The position numbers were made by a program, and so were the translations under genes. From a virus (taxonomy: Duplodnaviria > Caudoviricetes), in IMG/VR virus record IMGVR_UViG_3300037466_002669, positions 174 to 64,173 of that record: a stretch of DNA of 64,000 nucleotides; one strand, 5' to 3'. How positions within the stretch are numbered: position 1 is the stretch's first letter; each line of letters starts with the position of its first letter. Shown one piece after another: positions 16,842 through 25,397 of the stretch. The notes below the pieces were generated by a model, which made no database searches, was not told where the DNA came from, and saw only the letters and a list, made by a program, of their open reading frames with translations.

Positions 16842-17114
16842 TTTTGTTGCGTGATCATTTAAGTAATTATCAATTTCTTTTTTCAGATACTTAATCTTTC
16901 TCCCGGTTGCAGTACTGTAAGTAAATACTCCGCGACTCCTTTTTTTTCTTAAACTACTTTTACCCAAACCGGTTAAGCTCATTACATCTTCTTCGCTAAT
17001 CCATTTGTGAGGGGTTTTATTACTCTTTGCTTCTTTTACAAAAGCTTCAATAGTATTAATCCGGTTCATTAGCTGCCTGAACTCTTTTCTATCTATAGTT
17101 AATGATTCTGACAT
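16839..17114 (-). CDS. Excisionase-like HTH DNA-binding protein
   Basis: WISEEDVMSLTGLGKSSLRKKRSRG...KIKYLKKEI MerR/HTH_17-type pattern. Confidence 0.75.
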   Translation of the reverse strand: MSESLTIDRKEFRQLMNRINTIEAFVKEAKSNKTPHKWISEEDVMSLTGLGKSSLRKKRSRGVFTYSTATGRKIKYLKKEIDNYLNDHATK

Positions 17115-17117
17115 TAT

Positions 17118-17387
17118 TTAATGAGTTTCTTGCAGTTGTGAAATTTGTGTATTAATATTGTCTTCTTTTTCTGTTACCACTTCAAGAAGATTTTTCTGAT
17201 TTATTTTTAAGTAATCAGATAAATGTTTCAATACCGTAACCTGTGTTAACTTGACACTATTATTATCGTTCAACACTTTCCGCATAGAAAGAATTGTGTG
17301 GCCGGTAAGTGATGCTATCTGACCATAAAGAATTGGGTCTTTTTTTATTTCATCCACTATATCCTTTTTCAAAGCAAATCGTTCCAT
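17118..17387 (-). CDS. Cro-like HTH regulator (likely start MERFAL)
   Basis: First gene of leftward operon; upstream ORF extension contains the promoter. Confidence 0.6.
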   Translation of the reverse strand: MERFALKKDIVDEIKKDPILYGQIASLTGHTILSMRKVLNDNNSVKLTQVTVLKHLSDYLKINQKNLLEVVTEKEDNINTQISQLQETH

Positions 17388-17430
17388 TATCTTAATCTTT
17401 TGTATTATTGTGTTGAATTGTTTTGTTGTA

Positions 17431-17438
17431 CAAATATA
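17431..17438 (-). promoter_or_regulatory. Bacteroidota -7 element of leftward early promoter
   Basis: TATATTTG on - strand matches TAnnTTTG. Confidence 0.7.
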
Positions 17439-17445
17439 TGTCGTA

Positions 17446-17478
17446 AAAGAGATAAAAAGAGACATAAAATATCTCTTT
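17446..17478. promoter_or_regulatory. Candidate operator, inverted repeat AAAGAGATA-N15-TATCTCTTT
   Basis: Perfect 9-bp inverted repeat between divergent regulators. Confidence 0.55.
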
Positions 17479-17503
17479 AACAATATTTTAACATTGCCTA
17501 AAT

Positions 17504-17836
17504 ATGGATTACAAAAAAGAGTTACAAAAACTAATTGATGCTTTGGATGCTAAAGGCGTAACCAGGGAGAAAGTAGAAAAAGATCTTCGTTATAGTGAAA
17601 ATTATATAGACAAAGTTCTATCCAAAGGCGGGAATTCGCGAGCATATAATAAGATAAAAACCTATCTTGAGGAAAAGCAATACGCATTACCAAAAGATGG
17701 TTTAGCAGAAGATCGGGCAACAATACAGGTGCTTATTATGGAAGTAGCAAAATTGAAATCTAGAATTTATGGGATTTCAGTAGAAGATGCAATCGAAGAG
17801 CTCCGTCAAAATAGTAAGCTTGCTTTGAAAAACTAA
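17504..17836 (+). CDS. CI-like repressor (HTH, no S24 peptidase domain)
   Basis: Divergent from cro-like gene; TREKVEKDLRYSENYIDKVLS HTH-like region. Confidence 0.6.
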   Translation: MDYKKELQKLIDALDAKGVTREKVEKDLRYSENYIDKVLSKGGNSRAYNKIKTYLEEKQYALPKDGLAEDRATIQVLIMEVAKLKSRIYGISVEDAIEELRQNSKLALKN

Positions 17837-18017
17837 TTTCTTTTTTTGAAAATTTAATTTTTTTAGATTCCTTTTTTTTGTTTTTCTTTCTCATGATTCG
17901 GTAATATTAGAAATGGCAAAGTACAAAGAAAAACTAATAATGTTAGCAAGTTTTTCCTAAATACTTTAGTTAATAAAAAGTTCGGTTAGCGAAAATAAAA
18001 AGACGTGGGACATTCAG

Positions 18018-18143
18018 AAGCGGTAACGAAGGTTCGCAAAAACCCTTTCCCCAACAACTAAAGCCCACGCCTTAGACGTGAGCGATAAGCTATTTCGGGG
18101 AATTTTAAAATTTGCGATTTACGTTACCCTAAAGCCTTCGCTT
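18018..18143 (-). ncRNA. Candidate rod-shaped structured RNA
   Basis: Nested complementary segments ggtaacg/cgttacc, tcgcaaa/tttgcga, ttcccc/ggggaa, gcccacg/cgtgagc (a G-U pair on the - strand). Confidence 0.45.
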
Positions 18144-18308
18144 AAATATTTTACAGGGCGTAAAATAGAAATAAAATTTGTATTAAAAAATAAAAAGCAA
18201 AAGAATACTTTTAATCCTATAAAATGAGAGCAATAATTTTAGAATTGTTTTAGTAAAATACTCACATTCTCTTGTAAAGCAATACGGTAAAGAATTCCAG
18301 AAACATGG

Positions 18309-18329
18309 TCGAATCCGCTCGGGACCTCC
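18309..18329 (+). other. attP-like core: 3' end of a tRNA (T-loop half plus acceptor strand)
   Basis: tcgaat-ccgct-cgggacc-tcc; 5' half of tRNA absent; 120 bp upstream of integrase. Confidence 0.7.
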
Positions 18330-18337
18330 TATAAATG

Positions 18338-18414
18338 TACTGAAAACTACTGAAAGCCGCGTAAAATGCGGCTTTTCGCTTTAAATCAAGAAGGAATAAG
18401 TGATAATAAGTGAT
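18338..18414 (+). repeat. Candidate integrase arm-type sites: tactgaaa x2 and aataagtgat x2, each at 10-bp period
   Basis: 18338-18345 and 18348-18355; 18395-18404 and 18405-18414. Confidence 0.55.
18353..18376 (+). terminator. Hairpin after att core
   Basis: aaagccgc-gtaaaat-gcggctttt. Confidence 0.7.
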
Positions 18415-18424
18415 ACTATTTTAC

Positions 18425-18432
18425 TACATTTG
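18425..18432 (+). promoter_or_regulatory. -7 element for integrase
   Basis: TACATTTG 19 nt before ATG. Confidence 0.6.
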
Positions 18433-18451
18433 TTTTAGATAAGTTTTAGAA

Positions 18452-19615
18452 ATGGATAAATATACCATCCGACTGACATTATGGAAGCACAACGCAAACG
18501 CAAAAGGGCTTTTCCCTATATATTTGAAGATTACTGTAAACAGGAAAACATCTTATAAGTCCACAGGGTATTTTGCGAATAAAAAAGACTGGGATGACAA
18601 GAACGAAAAACTAAAATCAAATCATCCTAATTATACTTCAATAAACGCTAAACTTTCTATTTTAAAAAATGATTGGGAAAAACAAATTATTTCAACCCAG
18701 TTAAAAGGATTGCAAATTTCTGCAGCCTCTATAAAAAAATCTTTCGGCAAAGATCTTACTAATATTTTTGAGTATGTTGACGATCTGATAATTAATCAAA
18801 AAGGCAAAAAATCAGACAATACCCTTGAAAACTACCGGAAGCATTTATTAAAACTTGAGCTGTTCAATAACGGACGCGTATTAAGGTTTGATGAGATCGA
18901 TGTAAGTTTTCTTGGGCGTTATGAAAGATGGTTACGGGAAAATATCAACTTTAGAAAAGAAGGTGATCAAAAAAACTACATTCACGCGATTTGGAAAACA
19001 TTAAAGACTTGGTTCAATGCCGCAAAAAAGCAAGGGCTAATTTCGTGCTATCCATTTGACTTTTACGAAAATCCTACCTATGTAGCTCCAGACAAAGACC
19101 ATTTAAATAAAAATGAATTAAAGTTAATGGAAGATTTTGCTGACACAACCCCGGATCCAGTTTTGAAAGAATGTGCAATATATTTTTTATTTGGCTGCTA
19201 TTCAGGATTAAGAATTTCAGACTGGTATAGGTTTAGCTTTAAAGAGCACGTAAAAGAAAATAAAATCAGAATCCGGCCCGCAAAAACAAAAAACAAGTGG
19301 GTAGAAATGATCATCAGTAAACCACTAGAAAGGAATTTTAAAAGAATGAAATCCGCCCCTCTTACACTCAAAGAACCGACAATAAATGAAAAATTAAAGA
19401 TCATTGCGAAGAAAGCAAAAATAAAAAAGTATCTTACCTCACACAGTGCGCGAGGATCCTTCGCAGTAACTATCTGCTTAGGAAATAAAATAAGTAGTGA
19501 AACGGCGGCGGAACTTATGGGAATTACTCTTGAGACCTTTGTAAAAAATTATAGCGAAGTAACACAGGAAAAGATTGACAGTGAAACCAGGGATGCATGG
19601 AAAATGTTATTATGA
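18452..19615 (+). CDS. int: Tyrosine recombinase (phage integrase, Bacteroidota type)
   Basis: Arm-binding N-terminus (FPIYLKITVNRK); GLRISD, KT, TSHSAR catalytic motifs. Confidence 0.92.
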   Translation: MDKYTIRLTLWKHNANAKGLFPIYLKITVNRKTSYKSTGYFANKKDWDDKNEKLKSNHPNYTSINAKLSILKNDWEKQIISTQLKGLQISAASIKKSFGKDLTNIFEYVDDLIINQKGKKSDNTLENYRKHLLKLELFNNGRVLRFDEIDVSFLGRYERWLRENINFRKEGDQKNYIHAIWKTLKTWFNAAKKQGLISCYPFDFYENPTYVAPDKDHLNKNELKLMEDFADTTPDPVLKECAIYFLFGCYSGLRISDWYRFSFKEHVKENKIRIRPAKTKNKWVEMIISKPLERNFKRMKSAPLTLKEPTINEKLKIIAKKAKIKKYLTSHSARGSFAVTICLGNKISSETAAELMGITLETFVKNYSEVTQEKIDSETRDAWKMLL

Positions 19616-19646
19616 CGGAAATAATCGGTAATCTTAACTTTGTATT

Positions 19647-19964
19647 ATGCCCCACTATCGCCTGACAATAAAGCTGGAAAATAAAGAAGTAAAGGAGTAC
19701 ATCATAGAAGATGAACGAAAGCAAATAGATTTTGTTTACCTGGATTACCGCAAAAGAGTTTACGATAAAAATGGCGCCGGAAGGGTGATTTATTTTGACC
19801 TGGTAATGCTGGCTGAAGAAAGTTTAAATCACCTGGAAGATCGAAGAGAAGTCTTCAATGAAGAGAATAATTTCCGGGTGCCTGAGATGACTGATAAAAA
19901 ATTTAAAAGAAATCCACCCACGCCAAAAATGACACTTGGCGAAAGGGCGAAATTGAAGAAATAA
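19647..19964 (+). CDS. Hypothetical protein with own TAACTTTG promoter (19635-19642)
   Basis: 105-aa ORF. Confidence 0.7.
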   Translation: MPHYRLTIKLENKEVKEYIIEDERKQIDFVYLDYRKRVYDKNGAGRVIYFDLVMLAEESLNHLEDRREVFNEENNFRVPEMTDKKFKRNPPTPKMTLGERAKLKK

Positions 19965-19982
19965 GTTTATCGTGGTATCTTT

Positions 19983-20192
19983 TCACCCATTGTCAGGATG
20001 TGAAGCCCATTGATTAAAAGCGAAAATGACGCCTTTTTTGCTTAAGTTAATTTCAATTTCTTCTACATCGTCTCTGGTACTATTTTCTTTATTCGTGTTG
20101 TCGGCTTTTAAAGCATCTTTTTTATTTGAAAAATATTCATAGCCTTTATGTTCAGCAAATTGATCTCGGTAAGATACCCTGTATAATTTCAT
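19983..20192 (-). CDS. Hypothetical protein
   Basis: 69-aa ORF. Confidence 0.6.
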   Translation of the reverse strand: MKLYRVSYRDQFAEHKGYEYFSNKKDALKADNTNKENSTRDDVEEIEINLSKKGVIFAFNQWASHPDNG

Positions 20193-20268
20193 AATTTTTT
20201 ATTTTATAATTCCTTAGCCGGTTGCCCGGCGTTGGTTTGATTAAAAAGAGAGTTTATAAATGTAATGA

Positions 20269-20460
20269 TTATTGATAGATGTTTTGAATTTTAGATAATA
20301 TTTCTGCTTTCTTTTTTGCCATCTCTTTTGTATAGGCAAAGAATTCTTTGTTTGATGCGAAATCTGTTAAAGGTTTGCGTGTGTTGCGCAGTGCATTCAT
20401 TTCATCAATTAAGATTTGAGATTCAGCGACAGATTTAGATACATCCCAGGCTTTTTTCAT
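20269..20460 (-). CDS. Hypothetical protein
   Basis: 63-aa ORF. Confidence 0.6.
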   Translation of the reverse strand: MKKAWDVSKSVAESQILIDEMNALRNTRKPLTDFASNKEFFAYTKEMAKKKAEILSKIQNIYQ

Positions 20461-20487
20461 GATTTTTTATTTTTGGTTGATTTATAA

Positions 20488-20664
20488 TTATTCCCCTTTC
20501 CACTCATTTACTACCCTTTCGCGTTCTTGGCTAATTTTTGCCCACTCTTCTAATATTGTTCTGCGTTCTTCTTTTGTAGTTTTCATATCTGCAAAAGTGT
20601 TAAGATCATTTTGCTGTTGATTAAGACTTTTTAATTCGCTTATTGTTTTTTCAATTGTGTTCAT
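20488..20664 (-). CDS. Hypothetical coiled-coil protein (start MNTIEK)
   Basis: Promoter lies within the annotated 5' extension. Confidence 0.6.
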   Translation of the reverse strand: MNTIEKTISELKSLNQQQNDLNTFADMKTTKEERRTILEEWAKISQERERVVNEWKGE

Positions 20665-20683
20665 GCTGTTTGCTTTTGTTACA

Positions 20684-20715
20684 CAAATGTACATCAAAAT
20701 GAAATACAAAACAAA
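20684..20715 (-). promoter_or_regulatory. Complete Bacteroidota promoter TTTG-N20-TACATTTG
   Basis: caaatgta at 20684-20691 and caaa at 20712-20715 on + strand. Confidence 0.75.
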
Positions 20716-20800
20716 TTTATTTCAATCTTTTTAAAACTTTAACATTTAGCGAGTTAAATAATTATTTGTACTTTAAAATAAAATACATTATCTTCGTATC

Positions 20801-20956
20801 ATGCCTATCAGAAAAAAAGCTAAAACAATTCGCATGGCACCCGATACAGATCAGCTGCTAAAAAAGTTATGCGAGAAATTAAACGATTCTGAATCGAATG
20901 TGATCAGAAAGGCGCTGGAAGACCTGGGTAAGAAAGAAAAGGTTAAAATCCAATAA
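20801..20956 (+). CDS. Ribbon-helix-helix (CopG/Arc-like) protein, 51 aa (not in ORF track)
   Basis: KTIRMAPDTDQLLKKLCEKLNDSESNVIRKALE. Confidence 0.7.
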   Translation: MPIRKKAKTIRMAPDTDQLLKKLCEKLNDSESNVIRKALEDLGKKEKVKIQ

Positions 20957-21049
20957 GAATAAGGTAATATACAATCACTTTTGCACACAATGTTAATAAA
21001 TTTAGCAAAGAAAAAGTGAATTGCTATGTATATTAGCTAAACTTTTCTA

Positions 21050-21274
21050 ATGAGCGCAAAACTATTTCATGCTAATATCAGAATATTGAGAAGGCAAGCC
21101 AAACTATCGCAAAAACAATTCTCTGAAAAGATCGGCGTAGAATTAAAGCGATACGCCAAATGGGAAGAAGGAAGATCGCAGCCCGACATTGATAATATCG
21201 AAGCTATTGCCCAGTCTCACAATATTCCTCTCGATGTACTTTTTAATTTAGACTTTGCCAGATTTACAAGCTAA
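21050..21274 (+). CDS. XRE-family HTH transcriptional regulator
   Basis: NIRILRRQAKLSQKQFSEKIGVELKRYAKWEEGRSQPD. Confidence 0.9.
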   Translation: MSAKLFHANIRILRRQAKLSQKQFSEKIGVELKRYAKWEEGRSQPDIDNIEAIAQSHNIPLDVLFNLDFARFTS

Positions 21275-21278
21275 TATA

Positions 21279-21314
21279 TTTAGCACGTTTCTACTAAAAT
21301 CGTTACTAATTTTG
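21279..21314 (+). promoter_or_regulatory. Late promoter 1 (terS): TTTAGC-N8-ACTAAA-N8-TAATTTTG
   Basis: Motif repeated before portal, capsid and two tail genes. Confidence 0.75.
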
Positions 21315-21319
21315 TTATA

Positions 21320-21856
21320 ATGAAATTAACTGCCAAACAGGAAAAGTTTTGCAATGAGTACTTAATTGATCTGAATGCTACACAGGCAGCAATCAGGGCC
21401 GGTTATTCACCTAAGACGGCACAGGTAATCGGAGCCGAAAACCTTACAAAACCTATTATTTCCGGATATATTCAAGAGCAACGGCACAAATCAGCCGAGA
21501 AAGCAGAAATTTCACGTGAAAAAGTCATTAACGAATATGCAAAACTTGCTTTTTTCGACATAAGAAAAATACTAACCGTCGATGGAGGATTGAAAGACAC
21601 AACAGAATGGGATGACGATAGCGCCGCCGCAATAGCCGGACTTGAAAGCTATGATGAAAAAGAACCCGATTCAGGAATGGTACTTGGAACCGTTAGGAAA
21701 ATAAAGGTCTCAGACAAACGCGCAGCCCTGGATAGTCTTTGCAAAGTCTTAGGTTATAATGCTCCCGAAAAGTCAGAAATGAAAATAAATAATTCTCCTT
21801 TCAATGATTCACAGGTAGAAAAAATTCTACATGAAATTAAACGCGCTCGCAAATAG
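21320..21856 (+). CDS. terS: Terminase small subunit
   Basis: LTAKQEKFCNEYLIDLNATQAAIRAGYSPKTA signature. Confidence 0.95.
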   Translation: MKLTAKQEKFCNEYLIDLNATQAAIRAGYSPKTAQVIGAENLTKPIISGYIQEQRHKSAEKAEISREKVINEYAKLAFFDIRKILTVDGGLKDTTEWDDDSAAAIAGLESYDEKEPDSGMVLGTVRKIKVSDKRAALDSLCKVLGYNAPEKSEMKINNSPFNDSQVEKILHEIKRARK

Positions 21857-23252
21857 TTTATTCAAAGATCTATCGGAAGAACTTCAGCATAATTTAAAAC
21901 TTTCCGGCGTTGTTCCCGTTGCTGATCCAATTATACCATTATGGGAACTTCCCGAAAAAACCAATACTGTAATTTTAATCGGTGGCCGGGGTGGAATGAA
22001 AACGTATGGCGTCTCTCAATTTATCGCTAACCAGGCAGCAGTTAATAAAAAACGGTGCGTCATTCTCCGTGACGAACATTCACTAATCAAAGAATCTATC
22101 CTATCGGAAATATTGCAGAGGTATGATGATATTCCATTTTCAACCAACACAGAAAAGTTAACCACCGGGATAAAAGATAAAGAAACGGGAACGGAATTAG
22201 TCTTTACCAAAGGCTTCAAGGCGTCGGATAATCAGAAGAAAGCCAATATGAAAGGCGTGTCGAATATAGATATCGCCGTGATTGAAGAGGCGGAAGATTT
22301 AACCGATAAAGACAAATTCAATACGTTCGTGGATTCACTCAGGAAAGAAGGGTGCCTGGTGATCGTCTTAATGAATACCCCTGATATTGGGCACTTCCTC
22401 CTTAAAAGTTATTTCTATACTAACATTCCTGCTCCTGTTCCTGTTAACATTCCAGAAAAACTTAAAGATGATTTTGACGGATATTTTGAAATTAAGCCAA
22501 AAGAAATTCCTGGCTTCGTTTGCATTCACACCGGATTTGAAGATAACAAATTTTTACCCCAAAATATAGTCGACCGTTATAAATCTTATGGCGATCCGGA
22601 TTCACATACTTACAATCCTCACTATTATATGACCGCTGTTAAAGGTTATGCGAGCACCGGAAGAAAAGGACAAGTATTAAGGAAGGTAAAAGAAATCTCA
22701 CTCAAAGATTACCTTGCCCTACCGTTCAAAGAATATTACGGCCAGGACTTCGGAACTGCTTCGCCGGCTGGATTGGTAGGAGTTAAATTTGACAAGAATA
22801 ATTGCTATGCGAGGGAGATTAATTACCTTCCTATGAATACGATCGCAATCGGGAAATTATATTGTACACTCAATTTCGGACTGAATGATAAAGTTATAGC
22901 CGATTCAGCAGATAAAGATGCGTGTGATAAACTCGCCGCTGGTTACCAAGCTAAAGAATTAAGCCAGGAGGATTTAATGAACTTTCCTAAGCTATTAAGG
23001 GGCTTCTTTGTGGAGAAATGTGTTAAAGGTGAAGGATCAATAAGGGCCGGGATCTCCACCATGGATGGGCTTAACTTATTTGCGGTAAAAGAATCTGAAA
23101 ACCTATGGAATGAAATCAGAAATTATACTTACGATGTTGATAAGAATGGTAATCTAACTAATGATCCTATTGATGCCTTCAACCATCTTATTGACCCCTG
23201 GAGATACGTATGCACCGATCAGCGCGGCAAACGCGAAATGTTTGGTATATAA
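21831..23252 (+). CDS. terL: Terminase large subunit (PBSX-like)
   Basis: GGRGGMKT Walker A, IEEAE Walker B, GQDFG and NHLIDPWRY nuclease motifs. Confidence 0.93.
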   Translation: MKLNALANSLFKDLSEELQHNLKLSGVVPVADPIIPLWELPEKTNTVILIGGRGGMKTYGVSQFIANQAAVNKKRCVILRDEHSLIKESILSEILQRYDDIPFSTNTEKLTTGIKDKETGTELVFTKGFKASDNQKKANMKGVSNIDIAVIEEAEDLTDKDKFNTFVDSLRKEGCLVIVLMNTPDIGHFLLKSYFYTNIPAPVPVNIPEKLKDDFDGYFEIKPKEIPGFVCIHTGFEDNKFLPQNIVDRYKSYGDPDSHTYNPHYYMTAVKGYASTGRKGQVLRKVKEISLKDYLALPFKEYYGQDFGTASPAGLVGVKFDKNNCYAREINYLPMNTIAIGKLYCTLNFGLNDKVIADSADKDACDKLAAGYQAKELSQEDLMNFPKLLRGFFVEKCVKGEGSIRAGISTMDGLNLFAVKESENLWNEIRNYTYDVDKNGNLTNDPIDAFNHLIDPWRYVCTDQRGKREMFGI

Positions 23253-23260
23253 CTAAAATA

Positions 23261-23297
23261 TTTAGCCATTTATTGCTAAAATTCTTACTTAGTTTTG
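23261..23297 (+). promoter_or_regulatory. Late promoter 2 (portal): TTTAGC-N8-GCTAAA-N9-TAGTTTTG
   Basis: Direct reading. Confidence 0.75.
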
Positions 23298-23301
23298 ATT
23301 T

Positions 23302-25026
23302 ATGATCTATACAGATGATCAAATCGCGGCAATAATCAAACTAAATCCTCAAAAAAAGCTGGTGGCTGATGCAAGGGCGCAAGCCGATAAATTAATGATG
23401 CTCATTCATGGGCACAATATAGCTTCAGCACTTTCACGTGATCTTTATTTTGAAAATGACGACATATTTAAATCCAGGAATAGTAAGGCGATGTCAAATA
23501 AAGACTTGTTCGCCAGATTATTTCAAAGGGAGCAAATGGTTTTCACCGCACAGGGAGGAGCTTCTTACTTCACAGGAATAACTGACGCCCAAGTGAAGCA
23601 GCTGAACGAAATATTAGATAGTATTCGTTTTTCCATGTCAATAAGAAGATGGATAGAGCATTTTGCTTTACCAGCTTTCAGGTGTGACCCTATGGGAGTT
23701 ATCTTTATTGAATCAGATGATGACAGTTCTTATCCGACTTACAAATGTAGTTCTACTGTTTACGATTATCTTCCGAATGGGAGAAAATTAGAGTATATTT
23801 CATTTCAACTGACTAAAGCTGAATGCGATCTGTTTAAAGTAGAGGATGAAAAGCTAAAAGACCAACAACCAGACTTTAAAACTAATTACTACCGGTTTGT
23901 AGATGACGTGAGAGATGTAATTGTGAGATATGAAAATTCAGTGGTTACAGAAGTTGATCGGTTAACACACGGATGGCAACAAACACCTGCCTTTATCATT
24001 TCTGATATTATTTCTTTTGAAAATACACAAAAATTTCTTTCACCAATTCATACAGTTGTTGAACTGGCTGATAGCTTTCTTAATGACCGTTCAATCCGGG
24101 ATCTGCAGAAGAAATATCACGGATTCTTAAAGGCTATTGAACCATTATTACAGTGTGGCATTTGTCAAGGAACCGGATTCTTATCAGGAGCAGCTTGTCC
24201 GGAGTGCACTCCAATTGGAGCTGACAAAGGAACGGGCTATAAATTAAGAACAAAGGTTGCCGATGTTGCCCGCTTCCCTATTAAGACCGGATCAGGGGAA
24301 AATTTTGATTTTAATAAATATTTTGGTTACGTAAAACTTCCGATTGAGGTGTGGGATAAACAAGATGCCTCTTTACAGGACATTGAAAATCTAATCACTG
24401 ATGTTTATTGGGGAACTGAAAAAAGACAGCAAACCAACGGGCCTAAGGTGGGTGATAAATCGGTAGAAGAAACGGCAACAAAAACACTTTCTAACTTACA
24501 ACCAATATACGCCAGGCTTAACGCAACCGCTGATTGGGCTGAAAAGACAGAAAATATAATCGCTGATTTTATAGGAAAGAAAGAATTTACTACATTCAAG
24601 AAGGCACAAATTTCCTATGGAAGATATTATATTCTTGAGACACCAGCGGAATTGATGGATGAATATCTTAAGTTAAAAAAAGAAGGCGCCTCGCAGTCGT
24701 CCTTATTTGCGGCACTCAAAAGATATTTACATTCAGCGTATGAAGCAGATCCTTCCATGCTCGCTGTAGAACTTAAGATGATCAATGTAGAACCGTTCAT
24801 TCATTATACTGTAAGCGAAGTGCTTGCAAACAATCCCGCAAAGATTGATTACTACTGTAAACTTTATTTTTCAGAATGGCGGCAATTGCAGGACTTTAAT
24901 TACCTGTTGGCAACCAAAGAAGACGTTTTAAGGCAGTCTCTCATTGAATATGCAACAGCAAAAATGGCGTTAGATCCAACCGAAGCCGTTGAAGCTGTTG
25001 GGGTAACAGAAAAAGTAAAAAATTAA
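23302..25026 (+). CDS. Portal protein with internal DnaJ-like zinc-finger motif
   Basis: Position after terL, 574 aa; CGICQGTG...CPEC...KGTG. Confidence 0.75.
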   Translation: MIYTDDQIAAIIKLNPQKKLVADARAQADKLMMLIHGHNIASALSRDLYFENDDIFKSRNSKAMSNKDLFARLFQREQMVFTAQGGASYFTGITDAQVKQLNEILDSIRFSMSIRRWIEHFALPAFRCDPMGVIFIESDDDSSYPTYKCSSTVYDYLPNGRKLEYISFQLTKAECDLFKVEDEKLKDQQPDFKTNYYRFVDDVRDVIVRYENSVVTEVDRLTHGWQQTPAFIISDIISFENTQKFLSPIHTVVELADSFLNDRSIRDLQKKYHGFLKAIEPLLQCGICQGTGFLSGAACPECTPIGADKGTGYKLRTKVADVARFPIKTGSGENFDFNKYFGYVKLPIEVWDKQDASLQDIENLITDVYWGTEKRQQTNGPKVGDKSVEETATKTLSNLQPIYARLNATADWAEKTENIIADFIGKKEFTTFKKAQISYGRYYILETPAELMDEYLKLKKEGASQSSLFAALKRYLHSAYEADPSMLAVELKMINVEPFIHYTVSEVLANNPAKIDYYCKLYFSEWRQLQDFNYLLATKEDVLRQSLIEYATAKMALDPTEAVEAVGVTEKVKN

Positions 25027-25031
25027 ATATT

Positions 25032-25397
25032 ATGGCAGATAAAAAAACAGAAATTAAAAAACTACCAAATGACAATTTGGATTTATCAAACTTTGATTAT
25101 GATAACCTAACAGGTGAATCATTTGAAAAATATCAGGAATTAGTAAACAGTCTTCCAGGGCACGAAAACAGAGACTTTGTGCAGTACATGGCCAGCGGCG
25201 TGTTTAAAACAATTTTGAATGATAACGCCGATAAAGAGGTGGTATTAGTGGGGATTAAGATAAACAACATTAAACCGGTAAACGTTACAAGAGTTCCCGT
25301 AAATGTTGCCCGTAATCTCAATGCGCAGATTATGGATAGAAACAACCCGTCTTCCAACAGCCGGTATTTTTTACTTAAAAAACCTTCCAATGCTTAA
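25032..25397 (+). CDS. Hypothetical head-module protein
   Basis: 121-aa ORF. Confidence 0.65.
   Translation: MADKKTEIKKLPNDNLDLSNFDYDNLTGESFEKYQELVNSLPGHENRDFVQYMASGVFKTILNDNADKEVVLVGIKINNIKPVNVTRVPVNVARNLNAQIMDRNNPSSNSRYFLLKKPSNA

Noticed and set aside
18309-18329. Possible complete tRNA gene
   Set aside because: Only the T-loop and 3' acceptor strand are present; the upstream sequence cannot form the D arm, anticodon arm or 5' T-stem.
20746-21006. Additional TTTAGC half-sites near 20746 and at 21001
   Set aside because: They lack the RCTAAA partner at N8 and a correctly spaced TAnnTTTG.
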